From contig NC_087245.1 in NCBI RefSeq assembly GCF_037042905.1, positions 41,294,001 to 41,358,000 of the forward strand: a DNA stretch of 64,000 nt, in the 5' to 3' direction. The notes beneath the pieces were generated by a model. That model saw nothing but the letters and a program-made list of their open reading frames with translations, was not told the origin of the DNA and searched no databases. Shown in pieces: positions 38,305 through 51,705 of the stretch (within the stretch, counting starts at the first letter, position 1; every line of letters starts with the position of its first letter). This DNA is from Lytechinus pictus. Lineage: Eukaryota. A program made the position numbers and the translations under genes.

Positions 38305-38309
38305 TCCAT

Positions 38310-38822
38310 TTATAATAATAATAATATAATGATTTATAAAGTGCAGAAATCATGTGCATATATTCTACTGCGCTACAATTAAGAGCTAGTGAAATGCTTG
38401 AGAATAAATTTACAAAAGGGGAAAAGGAAATGTATGGGAATTATTTGAACAGACTTTTAGTTTAAGTATGAACGTTTTTAGTTTAAGTTTGATAGTTTCT
38501 TCTGATGGACAGGATCTTATTACATATGGCAAACCATTCCATAATTTTTGGGCTGCACAGGCAAAAGCACGATTTCCCAAAGTTATCTTTGTATTATGAG
38601 TGGGGATGTGAAGGAGCAAATTATCATGAGAACTGCGCCCTGTTTGTCAATAATGCATGGTTTTACAGGTTGCTTATTAGCAATATTCAACAGAGACTTC
38701 ACAACACGAAATAACTGTTTTTGATCACCTTTGTTTTCCATAATTAAATCATTGTGATGGATTCTGCGAGCTTCATTTAACACATGCAACATGTGATTGC
38801 GCAGTGATTTATTCAGTAACAA
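38310..38822 (-). mobile_element. Degenerate L2/CR1-group LINE, 3' fragment
   Basis: LGNRAFACAAQKLWNGLPYVIR...KLKLKTF resembles the L2-type ORF2 C-terminal motif G-RAF...AP-LWN-LP; (tta)n tail. Confidence 0.75.
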
Positions 38823-39165
38823 AAAACAGTTGGCGTGGCACCGCTAGGGTGACTTACTAGTAACAGAGAGAGAGAGAGAGAGAGAGATGTACATCAACCA
38901 AATAAAAGGTTCCATGACTTTTGCTCCATCAATAATTCCTCTGCTGTAAATTCTACAAACTAATAAATTGACCAATGTAAACCCTGGATGTAACACTACA
39001 GGTTTATCCCATTTTAAACCAGACCCTAGACCCACCATAAAACCCCATATTGCAACCTTAACCCTTCATCTTAGATGAAATAAAGCCTAGAGCAATAGTC
39101 ACCGGAGCAAATTTTGTGTCGCCAATAAAACATATATGAAACACAGGTCAAGGTCTAGAACGTAC

Positions 39166-39309
39166 CTCTAATGAGCAAGTCTTCAGGAAGCTCCGTTCTA
39201 GTCGCCTGCCGTTGGGAAGTTTGAAAAGAATCTTAACAGCATCAGGGCTACTAGCATCTGGCTCATCCGGCAGGAGAGAAGCTTTCTCTATCCTACGTTT
39301 TGCTCTCTC
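39166..39309 (-). CDS. FAF2: FAF2 exon, first half of UBX domain
   Basis: acctag|GAG; ERAKRRIEKASLLPDEPDASSPDAVKILFKLPNGRRLERSFLKTCSLE; donor GAG|gtacgt. Confidence 0.94.
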
Positions 39310-39403
39310 CTAGGTATTCAAGAGCATAGATGATATTAAGACATGTCAACTTGGAAGGGGGCACATACAAAGAAATACCCCCCCCCCCCACAGACATAGA
39401 CCA

Positions 39404-39759
39404 GGGCCCTGTCTTACAAAGAGTTACAATCGATCCAATCAATCGTAACTCTATGGAAATCCGTCAGTGTCATAATTTTTTCTACAGGTAATTTGCAAAA
39501 TGTCCTTTGTAAACAAAGGAGATCACACCAAATTGTCAAGAAATCAATGAATTTAGGTATATACATTCATATCTAGAATCTTTTTTTAATAAACATGCAT
39601 TTTATATGTTGTCAAGATTGTCAAGAAATCAATGAATTTATGGATATACGTTCATATCTAGAATCTTTTTTAATAAACATGCATTTTATATGTTGACTTT
39701 GCTGGCTTTCCATAGTTGCGATCGATTGGATCAAACAAACTCTTTGTAAGACGGGGCCC
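39404..39759. mobile_element. MITE family C with an internal tandem duplication of about 84 bp
   Basis: Same TIRs; the segment attgtcaagaaatcaatgaattta...catgcattttatatgttg occurs twice. Confidence 0.8.
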
Positions 39760-40749
39760 AGGGCTCTGTTACACAGATGTTTGCGATCAATAGCTAAATG
39801 AATTGACCAATCAATATCAATGTTACACCAGCATCAGGTTTAAAATACTGACCAGGGACCAATCAGTGCGGTTCTTTCATATTTGCAATCCATCGCAAAC
39901 CTTTGTGTTATGGAGTCCAGATGTATTTGACTCTCAGAAACTATCTAAACTGAACTATCACTGAAGGTGATTAATACCCCTGCCATTACCATGGCAACAG
40001 TTCCAACACATGGAAAAATATGTCTTGCCTAGTATTACCCCAAGACAAGCTAAATATCATGAGGATTGGTTGCAAATATAAACCAGAACAAGCATTTTAC
40101 TGTTTTGTAAAAATATTAAAGCAAAACTTAAAAATGCTATGACTCTTTTATTATTTTACATCCCATTCTGATGAAATTTTCAGTTCTATTCTTGTCTGAT
40201 TTTCCCCCCATTTGTCCAAACCAACTTGCTGTTGGTGAGGACTACACCTTTTTACAAGGTCCAGTGTTTGATATAAAGTGTATTTCCGAAACTGGGCGAC
40301 TAGTAAGAAAAGACTAATCATCCAACCCGGGCGAACGAGCCATCCCCTGGGCCTTTAGGAACCTGACTTGGATTTCTTATGTTAACCATTGTTCTTAGTT
40401 TGAATCCGCTACCTGAGAGGTAGCGACCAATTAGCGGGCCTATCCTTCGTGTCCATGAACAACGTATGACCCTGTACCATAGAAGCGGACGTACAGGACC
40501 CATGACGTCATCAGGTATCAAAAGTGCACATTGGCATGCTCATGAATAATTCATAGTAAGCAGTGAAAGCCAGGTTCCAAAAGGCCTCGCGACTGACCTC
40601 GCTAACGCGACTCGATCTCACATTCAGTCAGGTTTCTACAGCTCTCTTCATCGACCGCTAGTCTTGTTTCAGCCACTACTTGACGAAGATCATAGCCAAG
40701 TCACGAGGCCTTGTCAAAAGACTAGGGAGAACTTGACCTTTAAACTCAC

Positions 40750-40839
40750 CTCAATTTGTTTTTGCTTCTCTTCCTCCAGTTCTCTTTCCTCTTGCTCTTG
40801 CTTGCTCTTCTCCTCTTCCTCTTCCCTCTTCTTCCTTGC
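40750..40839 (-). CDS. FAF2: FAF2 exon, charged coiled coil
   Basis: ttttag|GCA; ARKKREEEEEKSKQEQEERELEEEKQKQIE; donor GAG|gtgagt; phase 0/0. Confidence 0.9.
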
Positions 40840-41735
40840 CTAAAATATAAAGAAAAACAACAGATACCAGGTATAATAAAGCCACAACAGGCGTACACAT
40901 GGGGGGGGGGGGGCTTGGGGGCCTTGCCATATTTTACATATTTCACATTATCTCCTCCTGACCTTGACATATGTGATGTGAATTATATTTTCCCATGACA
41001 TATGTTGTGCTCAGGAGGCAAGATGCAATTTGAAAGATGAGGAAAATTTGTGTACAAAACAAATGGAGAGTTTTCCACAAAATCAGCCATTTTGAAGCAC
41101 GTTTTCCAATTTGAGGATTCCCATAGAAAGTACAATAAGACTTTTTAAACGTCCATAACTTGCTTATTTCATAACCGATTTTGATAAAACTTTTTTAGAA
41201 ATAGTTTCTCTCATTTTATTCTTTCCAATAAGACTGCTTTTCTTCTTGGGTTTTAGTTTCCTTTAAGTAAAGTAGTCTTAGTATATATTACTGATGCATA
41301 AGTCACTGTATTATTTGCCTGGTTCATAGCATTAAGAACCAGGTCAATAATACATCGATTTCAATGAGGCTGATTGTGTATTCATAGATCATATATATTA
41401 AAGTTTTTGTGTAAAAAGACATTCATTTTAAAACCAAAAAGAGAGAGATGATTTCAAGTAGTAAAGTAAAGTAAACTTTTCATCATCCTTTAGAGTGTAT
41501 ATAATTAAGATAAACGCATGATGGGCTGGCGTAGCATTACATGCACAAATGGTGTCTACTTTACTTCGAGCAATACTGCATGCTTTAACGTGAATAAAAC
41601 AAATAGAGTAAAAGATAAATCAAACTTTAAAACTATATTACCAGGAAAAAAAATTACAAGGGGGCTCAGGGTTATTTCGCACTCGAAATACTCATAAGAG
41701 CCATGAAAAATCCCCATTCCTTGCAAGTATATTAC

Positions 41736-41995
41736 CTTTTCTTGATCTTGTCGAAGGGATTCCCGATAGGCTTCATCTTGCTCCTGTCTCAGTGTGTTGG
41801 CAAGGTTTCGTTCCTGCCGCTCCATCCTCATGGCCACCAAATAACCCTCCGTCTCGCTCATCGTTCGTTGGACCCGCTCTATCAACGATTCCCCGCTGAC
41901 GGCGCCCTCTATCCTCAGCACCACCGTCATCTTGTTGTCCCGTAGGACGATGAGGGCTAGGAAGGGGTAGGTGTTCTCTCGAAGTGCTAATGATA
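41736..41995 (-). CDS. FAF2: FAF2 exon, end of UAS and coiled coil
   Basis: ctctag|TA; SLALRENTYPFLALIVLRDNKMTVVLRIEG...LRQEQDEAYRESLRQDQEK; donor AAG|gtaata. Confidence 0.96.
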
Positions 41996-42356
41996 CTAGA
42001 GATAAAACAACAATGTGTACGTCGATAAGACTTTCAACATCAGAGGTCACATGGGAAACAGCAGAAAGATAATTTCACAAAAATTATTAATACAAAAAGA
42101 TGGAGGCCTGGTGAGGAGTAGTCTACAGGCACAGAGTTTGGGCTTCTCATGGAGCATTATGCAGAGTCAGCATCTGATACTGTTTGTACACCCCACAAAT
42201 GCAATTACTTTCGATTTTTAAAAGAAAATGACATTTTTACAAATGTATATCACACGACATATGGAGAAGCTGCTTGTATGCAATGTCACAAAATCAAAAC
42301 CTTTAAAAAATTCATGGCTGTTATTCTTTAACAGATTTAATAATATTAATAATAGC

Positions 42357-42656
42357 AATAATAATAATTGGCATTTCTATAGCGCTTTATCAATTAACGA
42401 CTGCTCAAAGCGCTTCACAATTATTATTACCTGGTCACTGGATTTATAACATTTCAAGCAGCCTGTTAGGCGCACACTTCCTAAACCAACCACAATGACG
42501 GTTGTTTCCTACCGGTACCCAATTAGCACCTGGGTGGAGAGTGGCAATGTGTGGATTGACGCCTTGCCAAAGGAAGCAAGGCCATGGTGGGATTCGAACA
42601 CACGACCCTCTGATTACAAGGCGAGAGTCAGAACCGGTACACCACGGTGCTTCCAC
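42357..42656 (-). mobile_element. tRNA-derived SINE, related family
   Basis: A/B boxes, cacattgccactctccacccaggtgctaattgggtacc, tail aagcgctttgag...aagcgctatagaaatg. Confidence 0.8.
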
Positions 42657-42998
42657 CGATTGATTTCCATCAATCCCTCACTAAAACTTTTCTCTATTTT
42701 TTTCTGGGTTTTTTTTTCATGAGCTTATTGTCAGACTGACCTTCCACTTCAATGCTGCTGCTGCACTTCACTTTTTGTGCCAATACAATGAGTTATCCGC
42801 TCTACGAATTAAAGAATAATGACAATGGAATTGGTGAGACTTTTTGTACAGTTCCCTGTGAAAGGGCAACTGTATGTGCGCTTAAAAAAAACATTTGCGA
42901 TGAAAGCAGGGTACTTTAACCTGCTGGTAGTATAGCGGATCACACGAATGGAACAACGCGAGACAGACATACAATAAACACAGCGAAAGAATTCTTAC

Positions 42999-43090
42999 CT
43001 CTATACCCTTCAGGAGAGTTGACAGACGCAGCCCAAAATATAAGACTACCATTGATAAACTCTATGACTTCAGTGTTACCTAAGGTATCT
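42999..43090 (-). CDS. FAF2: FAF2 exon, UAS domain
   Basis: tttcag|A; DTLGNTEVIEFINGSLIFWAASVNSPEGYR(V); donor G|gtaaga. Confidence 0.95.
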
Positions 43091-43652
43091 CTGAAATAAA
43101 AACAATACATGTACATCGTGAGGGGTAGAATTTACTGTTTAAATGTATAACTTTATGATGTATTTCATAATGAATAACAAAAAGGGCGTTCTTGCACCGA
43201 CATGACAAATTATGTCACCGAGTCCCTCAACAAGGAGTTACCTCTCAAGATATTTAAGTTTATAAATTAAATTCATATTCTTTATCTCTAAAGCTATATA
43301 CATGAATTAGACTAGCTATTCATAACACATAGATGGTAACTCTTATATGTATGTATTTTCTTTAAACTTTTTTTGGGGGGGCAAGGACCCCAAGAAAACT
43401 ACTTGGTCTACTGACAGGTTACCTTCCAGGGGTAAATAAAAAATAATAATAATTAAAATAGTCAATAAGAGACCACACATAAATTTAGGCCAGTTCTCTC
43501 CCCCTTTAAAGACCTTATTTATGTATTCCAAAATGAACAGAGAAAAAATAACCCAACAAATTGTAATTATTTGAATTGTACTAAAGAGTGGTTTATCAAC
43601 TGGTGTACTATAAACCGAGTAGCAATTAGACCAAAGTGATAGTAGACCACAT

Positions 43653-44037
43653 GGTTTATTTCCAATTCGTCTAATGCCAATTGCTAACTTGTCCACTATC
43701 ATTTGGTCTTCCATCAGTTCGTCCACTCACCACATGGTCTACTTTAATTTAGTCTAATGTCATTTCATCTAATAACCAGTTGGTCCAATAGCCAATCAGT
43801 CCATATACCATTTGGTCTAATTAAACTTAAGTGTTAATTGTGCAAAATGAATGAAAAGAAAATGGGTATTAGACCAACTGGTTATTAGACGAAATGGTAA
43901 TAGACGAAATGGTGATTGGACCAAATGGTTGTTGGACGAAATGTTGATGGATGGAATGGCATTAGACTAAATGAAGGTAGACCATGTGGTGAGTGGACCA
44001 GTTGGCACTTGGCAGTGGACGAATTGGCAATTTGCCG
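43653..44037. mobile_element. Foldback MITE built from about 15-bp repeats
   Basis: Left arm units ccatttggtcta/ttcgtcca; right arm units tagaccaaatgg/tggacgaa, in inverted orientation. Confidence 0.75.
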
Positions 44038-44043
44038 CAACAT

Positions 44044-44354
44044 GGCCTGTTTTCTGACCTCAGGTTCAATTTAAACTCTGGTCTAAAGTCGTGGTTTAAC
44101 TATGGATAGCCAATTGTGACATAAATCTCAAACAATAGAGGTTCAATTTACTAGCTCATTTGACTCTCAAATCATTCTTAACTGTCTGGGGAGAATGAAT
44201 AAGATAGTTGTCTTTTGTCCTCACCACTGAAGTATTAGGAAAGAGAACAGTAAACATAAGAAACATACAATGTAATCAAAATTTTAAAATTTTGGGCTTC
44301 CCATAATTTTAGCACATGGTCTATAAAGTTAAACCCGACTTCAGAATACGGTCC
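44044..44354. mobile_element. MITE family B (opposite orientation)
   Basis: ggcctgttttctgacctcagg ... ccgacttcagaatacggtcc. Confidence 0.75.
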
Positions 44355-44489
44355 AATGGATTTAGCCCATGTGATGTTAGACTATATGAAATGGAGACCA
44401 ACCACTTGTAATGTAGACACCAGGTGATCATAAATCTTTCCATTTATCAAAAAGAATGAAGCATTATATTTAAAGACAATGGTACTCAC

Positions 44490-44575
44490 CTACAAAACTG
44501 ATCAGTGTCTTGATGATCGTTGCCATGGAGATATACTAATAAAAACTTAAGGTCTCTCTTGGCATCACTTAATGC
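44490..44575 (-). CDS. FAF2: FAF2 exon, UAS domain
   Basis: cttcag|GCA; ALSDAKRDLKFLLVYLHGNDHQDTDQFC(R); donor AG|gtgagt. Confidence 0.95.
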
Positions 44576-45508
44576 CTGAAGGGTATGATAAAGAAAAATA
44601 CAGGTAACTTAGCGCAGGTCTGAGAGACATACAACTTCAGGTCAGGGAAGAAATTACATGGAGGCTCAGGGCGATTTCACCCCCAAAATGTTCAAATGAG
44701 CACTGAAAACTCAAAAAGATCCTTAGGGATGTCCCGCTAAGCGGGGTATAATCTAAATATAATAATAATAATTAGTGCTGGAGTCAAATGTTTTTCGATC
44801 CGGTAAACGACCACCCATGCCACTAACCGTTTTCAATTTGACGGTTTCGGATAAACAGAGATTTACTGTCAGCCAGGGATCACACATTGTTTGTGTAGCT
44901 ACTTGTAATATTTCAAGTTTTTCTGACTAAATTGTCATCATAAGTCCACTCCAAGAATTCCGATGCTGTGTCTTTACTATTGATCTTTCTTAACGCAAAG
45001 TTCATAACTACGTCCGCTAACCATTGATAAGCTCATCAAAGAATAGGTCCCTCACGTCACTCGTATGTCGTGGCGTGGACGCGGGTGAAGCAGCACCTCC
45101 GTACTGTATTTCACAAGTGATACACTAGGATACATTCAACGCGCACTTGATTGTTTACTGGCTCGCGATCGCCCGCCAACACATAAATATCTACATTCCG
45201 AAAAAAGTACCATGAGCAGAGATTTTGAAGCCAATTTGAAGATCGAGAATCGCACACAGAGGTCGCCTGACTCGCCTCATTAATCATTGATGTGTCCTAT
45301 CGGTATATGTACTTTCGATGTGCAGCAAAAGTACATTCTTCAAAAACTGAGAATTAAAATGATCGATACCTTCGGCATGTATAAAAGAATGGCTACTTTC
45401 AATAGGCGGCAACTTGGGCAAAGGTGTGCTGTTTTCATTTATCTGAAAACCGTTTGGATTTGACTCCCCGTTAAACGGAATTGAAAATAACCGTGATCAT
45501 ACAGGATA

Positions 45509-45772
45509 AATAATAATAGCTAGATTTATATAGCGCTTGTTGCCTAAGGATACAAAGCGCTTGCTAGTATTCCCCGGGCTTTAGTTCGAGCTACCATCAC
45601 CAGTGCTCAGTGCATGCAAGGAATTAATCTTGCCAGGTAGCAATTCACCTCACCTGGGTCAGCACAGTGTGGATAAATATCTTGTTGAAGGGAAACACGC
45701 CATGGCTAGGATTCAAACCCACGACCCTCCGTTTAAAAGGCGAGAGTCAGAACCACTAGACCATGATGCGCC
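45509..45772 (-). mobile_element. tRNA-derived SINE, related family
   Basis: ggcgcatcatggtctagtgg ... ggtttgaatcc ... cccaggtgaggtgaat ... aagcgctatataaatc. Confidence 0.8.
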
Positions 45773-46227
45773 CATGAAAATACAGTGTTATCTGTGTGTG
45801 GCTGTGTGAGTTACACACAGATTATACCTCGCTAACCGGGACATCTCTCGGGGGATATGTGTGTGGCTGTGTGATTGACTGTTCCAGTCATTTAAAATTT
45901 TGATGTTAACTTCCTGAAGCTTCTTTATGATTAAGCCAATTACTATACATGCCCATGAAGGACATGTATATGTAATAAACTGGGAAGTTTGTTTAATCCT
46001 ATCTCATTTTTATTGGCCTTTCTTTTGTCATGTTGTGACTTTTGATTAAGAAACCAATTTATGTGAAGGGCTACAGCCTCTCTGTGATTGAACCGATCTC
46101 TTAATTATTGTCATGAGCTTAGTATAGATTATCAAAGCTAGCCTGTGTAAAAAAATTTTGTTGAGTGAAGTTCATGCAGTGCCCTCGTAAAAGTTTGATC
46201 AGCTTCTTTGGAACCCAGTTTACACAC

Positions 46228-46471
46228 CTCACTATAACTTCCCCTGTAGAATTCTGGATGAGCTGCTCCGTATCTCTCCTCGTACGACGCGATGAACGAT
46301 AAGACGTCCCCGCGTGGATCTGTAACAATACGCCTGGGGTCGGGCCAAATCAACCTCAGTGTCCACCGAACGACGTCGAAAATTGTGGAATAGAAAAAGC
46401 GGAAGGGGAAGAGGATCATCATGTAACTCCACTGGAACCACGAGGAAGAAGGCCTTGCAACTGTGAATATC
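46228..46471 (-). CDS. FAF2: FAF2 exon, hydrophobic membrane hairpin and start of UAS
   Basis: tcacag|G; IFTVARPSSSWFQWSYMMILFPFRFFYSTIFDVVRWTLRLIWPDPRRIVTDPRGDVLSFI...HPEFYRGSYSE; donor GAG|gtgtgt. Confidence 0.95.
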
Positions 46472-47739
46472 CTGTGATAAAAAACAAAGAGAGAACTGGC
46501 CTCCAGTAAAGTTCTAACAGTCAGTGCATTCAATTAGTTTACAAACAGTCGGCAACCGAATACTACTTTCTACACTAATCGAATGTTCGCCAGATACTGA
46601 TTTTGAGACACTCGATTATCAAAAGTACATGGCTATTGTATTTGATATTTGAAAAGAGTGCAAGCTAACAAATGAAATATATAGTTTTTGAATTTTCATT
46701 CTTCTCAGAATCTTCTTAAATCGTATTGAGGTTGAATCTCTTTAATATCAAAATATCAGCTTGAATTTTGCATGATTTGAATACATGGGCACAATAATGG
46801 TTGTGAAACACAACAAAAACAACAGCGACACTGAATTTTTGAAAAATAACACTAACAGAATACATGATACTTGATGAGATAATTCCTCTTGCAGCTCCAA
46901 AAGCTAAACTGGAATGAACTTTGCAATATGTCGTGATCCAGCTGGAGGCTGCAGATTTCTAATAACCTTTATCAACAAGTGTATTTTTTCCCCCAAATAA
47001 TCATCACTTGTGATCAGGCATGGCCAAACCCACAAAAATAGTCACTCAAATATGTGCAGAGAACGTTTCACAAGGGGTACTGTATAGGTGATTTTCATTG
47101 ACTGGTTTGTTCCATGCCAATCAAACTTGTGTATATTTCCGAAGTTAGATATTTTAAGACAGTCAGTGATTTTCACGACGATATTGAGGGTACTCTGACA
47201 GTGACGTACTTCAAGCTATCATTTTATCAGCTTTTCGACGCAAGTTTTGCGGATTTAGACCCCCCCAAAAAAAAAAATTAAATGAAAAACAACTAATAGG
47301 CCAGCCAAAAAAATGTATATATATATATCTTTCTACATCTGCATTTAAGGCGAATTTCTTTTTTTTCTTCAATGTTCGCAATGCGCCTTAATAATGCCCT
47401 CTACCTTTCACTCAACATCTAAATGTGTAATTTGACTAAATAAACCCATTCATAGGGTTCGCCCTTTGATATATGTACATATAAGAGCATCTTGGATTTC
47501 CACGTATTGGCAATAATAAGACATCAGTAATGCGAAACAAATGATATTCACGAGTAATGCAAGTTTGCAATGCCAACAATTTCTTTTCTTTTCAAGTTCT
47601 TTCTGGCATTGCAAACTTGCATTACTCGTGAATATCATTTGTTTCGCATTTCTGATATATATACATATAGATATATATACATGCATATTTTTTTTTTTTT
47701 TGGGGGGGGCCTTACAGATTGATTGCATTTTGAACATAC

Positions 47740-47861
47740 CTTTGATCTGACGGGTTCATATTGACCTCCGGTGTGCGTACCGTTTGCTGGCTTGCCTGTG
47801 TGGTCCTATTGTAGACCGTTGGTCGACCTTCAGATACATTCAACGTGTCTTGAACAGCAGT
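47740..47861 (-). CDS. FAF2: FAF2 exon, end of UBA and linker
   Basis: ttgcag|ACT; TAVQDTLNVSEGRPTVYNRTTQASQQTVRTPEVNMNPSDQ(R); donor AG|gtatgt (phase 2). Confidence 0.9.
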
Positions 47862-48690
47862 CTGCAAGAAAACAATTCAGAAAGTGTCCAGTGACGTACT
47901 TTGGTTGCTAGTTAGACAAAAACAAATTGATGTATTGGAGAAACCTGCCCTACCCTAAATATACCCCTGACCCTATCCTCTTTTTTCTTTTGTACTGTTA
48001 TCGATAGTATCAATATCATATATAATTTTCAAAATTTCCTGTCATTTCATATGTTCATTTTTATAACATGTTACGTTCTTTGTTGTAAATAAAATCCTCT
48101 GACTGGAGGCAAAATAAAACTAAAAATCAATATCATATGATGTGCTGACTTTGCAATCAAATTGAAAACACAGAATTGCTGTGGACAAAAAATTGATTGC
48201 CCTCAATCCTCAATATTGTCCAAAATTGAAAATTCACTGTGATATATGTCTTTTCAAAAAGCCCCAAAAATAAACAAACCAAAAATTGTTTCACTATTTA
48301 CTCTTGAAAATGTTGGTATTTTATATCTTGGTCTGTTGTCAATATGAGGCGGTGCATAAGATATCTCAGGCTGGGGTGTATTGGTAACCAGTTAAAAAAT
48401 GAACTTGTCTTCAGCGAAATGTATGCATGCATGTAGATGAATGTGAGTGTTGGGTGTGTGTAAAAAGTGGTACATGTATCATTATGCAGATTGAGGGGAC
48501 CCCAAAATGACCTGTTACTCCAATACAAGTTTTTTTCCTTTTTTTTTTCTATATTTGGGGAAGGGGGATTATGCTGAAGGACTGATTAGTTTGTGTGGCA
48601 TCCATGTAGGTCAACCACAACAAAAAAGGGGAACAGGAAGGAAGGTGTTACAGGAATACTATCAAACTGAGGAGCATTTAATGAATCATT

Positions 48691-49116
48691 TAAGGCCATC
48701 GCACACCTTACGACTGTTCACGATCCGATTTTGGAACAAATCGCATTTTGCTCATTTTCTGAAAATGTGAATGGACACATCATTCGGGGCTAAAATTGAT
48801 TGAAAGAATACTAATATAACATTTTGAAAGATTGCAAGCCTTTATTTTGGAGTAAAGGCCAAAAATTAGTGTCAAATCGTAGCCAATCATATGACTGCTA
48901 TGATGTCATTACGACTAGATATCAAATTTGCTTTTATTCTATTAAGAAGGATGATAGCATAGTCACAGATTTGAACATACATGTAGGTAGTCGTATGATG
49001 ATTTCGAACATTACACAGTAAGATATTCCAAGTCTCAATGTATTAGCATCAAATTCTACTACGTTTTATTCTAAAATTGAGTCGCAGACCAATCGTAAGG
49101 TGTGCAGTCGCCTTAA
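48691..49116. mobile_element. TIR MITE
   Basis: taaggccatcgcacaccttacga ... tcgtaaggtgtgcagtcgcctta. Confidence 0.7.
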
Positions 49117-50157
49117 GTCACTGATTTTCACAGACTTTTGTTGCAAGCTACAAAAATGCTCAAAACTGATTGGCTTAGAACAAATACTTCAGTGAAAGTC
49201 GCTGTTTGGTTCGTGAAAGGCTCCCCAGGAGTCTATTAAATTACATCATGAGCTAAACACTGCATTTCTAAACAATGTATTGACGTAGTGTAACATAGTG
49301 TTCACGGAAAATGAAACCCAAAATCTAATACCACATAAAATCATTGCAAAAATACAGGATAATCAAAATGAATCCACTTATACCCCAATCCGATTTCCCG
49401 GTATGAAGTACCATCTGTTCAAAGTTGGGCTTCTTCTGGTTCAAAGCCTCTGAATGGAGTACACCGTTTTCATGGGTTACTAGTAGTAGTTCAAAATTGT
49501 GACATCACCCACGAACTACATGTACATTTGCCAAAATATAGATTCCATTTTACCAATTATCAATATACACATAAAACTCATAAAATATGTTCCAAATGTG
49601 TTTGATATTATATTCTAATTTCAAAATACGATTTGATGAATTTTAATAATAAATTTTGGCTAATAAGCTATAATTGCCAATTTGGGGTTTCAAACTTATA
49701 ATATAAACAAATTTTGAATAATATAGTTATAAATTGGTTTTATGTGTATATTTGATTTATGATTGTAAAATAGAATCTATTTAGGCAAATGTAGATATCT
49801 ACATGTACTTAGAGATACAATTCGTCGCCGATAAATTTAAAACATAGTAACATACAGAGAAAAAAAAATGCATCAACTGGCACCAAACTAGTTCAAATAC
49901 TGTATTGCATTTCCATAAAAAATAGTCACACCACATATTTCTTGGTAATTCCAAAGCTAAGACAAGAAAAGAGGGATCTGTTGGGGACTTACATGTTATG
50001 AGCATCTCACTGCTGAATAAAGTCTTTAATGAACTAATTAATAGAAGCCATATTAGAAGCCCTATATATAGAAGCCCTATATGTAGTTTCAAGCACAATT
50101 GAAAGACCTACATGTAAGATCTGCTTTGTCATTTCTCTCTTCAAACTTGCCATACTG

Positions 50158-50893
50158 CCCGGGGGGGCCACTTACATTGACGAGTGGATACCATGCGCGA
50201 CCAAAAAAACACGTAAAAAGGATGTCTTTTTCAAGATAGGGCACGTTACGTATGTAACGTGATAAGGGTGTCAAAAACACAAAAATATTGAAAAAAGGGT
50301 ATCTATTTCGCTCGGAAAAATATACGTGTTTATCAGAGACTGATAATTTTGATTTTGGTATCCAATTTCAGAGACAGTCTCCAAGTTTTGGAGACCAATT
50401 TCCTTTATTTACATTTACAAAATCAAAATGTTTTATAAAGGATGTCCTTTTTGCCCCAACACTACGTGTTTAGAGTCCGATTTGCGCGAGATGTGGAAGG
50501 TGGGGTCGTACTAAACCAAAATAATGGTGTGTAAAGGTACAACCGACGACCAACGGACCCGTGACATAACAATAAAATATCGCTGTACTTGTTTAGGGGT
50601 TCATTTCAGGGAATACTTGCCAAGAGTATCGTTTTGTTTCCAATACTTGTTAAGGGGTGCATTTTCAGAATAGTGGAAAATACATCGCTGTACTTGTTTA
50701 GGAGCTCAATTTTGGGAATACTTGCCAATAGTATTTGTTTCCAATACTTGTTAAGGGTAGGGTTTCACACGCCAATACTTGTTAAGGGGTGCATTTTCAG
50801 AATATGGAAAATACGTGTTTAGGGTGCTTTTCAAGACCCCGTGGTCGCGCATGGTATCCACTCGTCAATGGAAGTGCCCCCCCCCCCCCCGGG
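50158..50893. mobile_element. Non-autonomous DNA transposon with about 45-bp TIRs and 8-10-bp TSD
   Basis: cccggg...cacttacattgacgagtggataccatgcgcgacc / ggtcgcgcatggtatccactcgtcaatggaagtg...cccggg; flanks ccatactg / ccgtactg. Confidence 0.85.
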
Positions 50894-51705
50894 CCGTACT
50901 GCAACTCTCAACCATTGCCTTAATGCTGAAATCACAATAGTTATTGTTATTTGTTAGTATTGTTTGTTATTTGATTACATGAGTCCTTTCTGAATGTATG
51001 AATATCTTCCTGCAAGTTACTACAGTACATGTATGTATAACTGACATGTAATGCACATTGCTTATTAGGAAAGGACACTCTGCATGCGCGATCATACAGC
51101 CAGGTATATTGCTCTTTATTATTAAGATTGATTAGTAAAAATTAATGATAAAGCTTGATTACATTTTAAAACCATTAATTAGTTACAACTTATCTAAACT
51201 ATCGATCATTATTATGAATTATCAATGGAAGTTAACAATATAGTATTATGATTGGTAGGTGTAGTCCATTAGTGTGCTTCTCCTGATCATCCTCCCCCCC
51301 CCCCCCCCCCGCACATGTTGCTAATTAATCCCTAATTACGAATGGAAACAACATTACTTATAAAATCTTTTTTTGTATGACTATATTGCTCTCATAACAA
51401 GCTTTATTTTGACACCAAATACAACATCACATCTTGTATCAGCAGAGAAAATTAAAGGAATATACCCCAAAATTGTCCCGCAGATGTCACAACTCCACCT
51501 ATTTACCAGCCCAATTCAAAACGCATTGCCATTTATAACCTAGGTACAGGGACATCTGAACAGCCCACATGGACAGCGATATTCTATTTTGGACATCCAC
51601 ATGGACATCTGACCTGCCTATATACATCGAAACCTGTAGTGACTGTAGGGACCATCAAAGGGAAACATAAACATGGCTTTATAGACACATGGCTGATATT
51701 GACAG

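Noticed and set aside
40300..40725. CpG-rich intronic segment with a tgacgtca site and short ORF 40318-40521
   Set aside because: Probably a transposon fragment; termini and coding potential could not be supported.
44779..45468. CpG-rich segment bounded by ggagtcaaat/atttgactcc
   Set aside because: Likely a non-autonomous element, but the IR is only 10 bp and I found no TSD or ORF, so it was not called.
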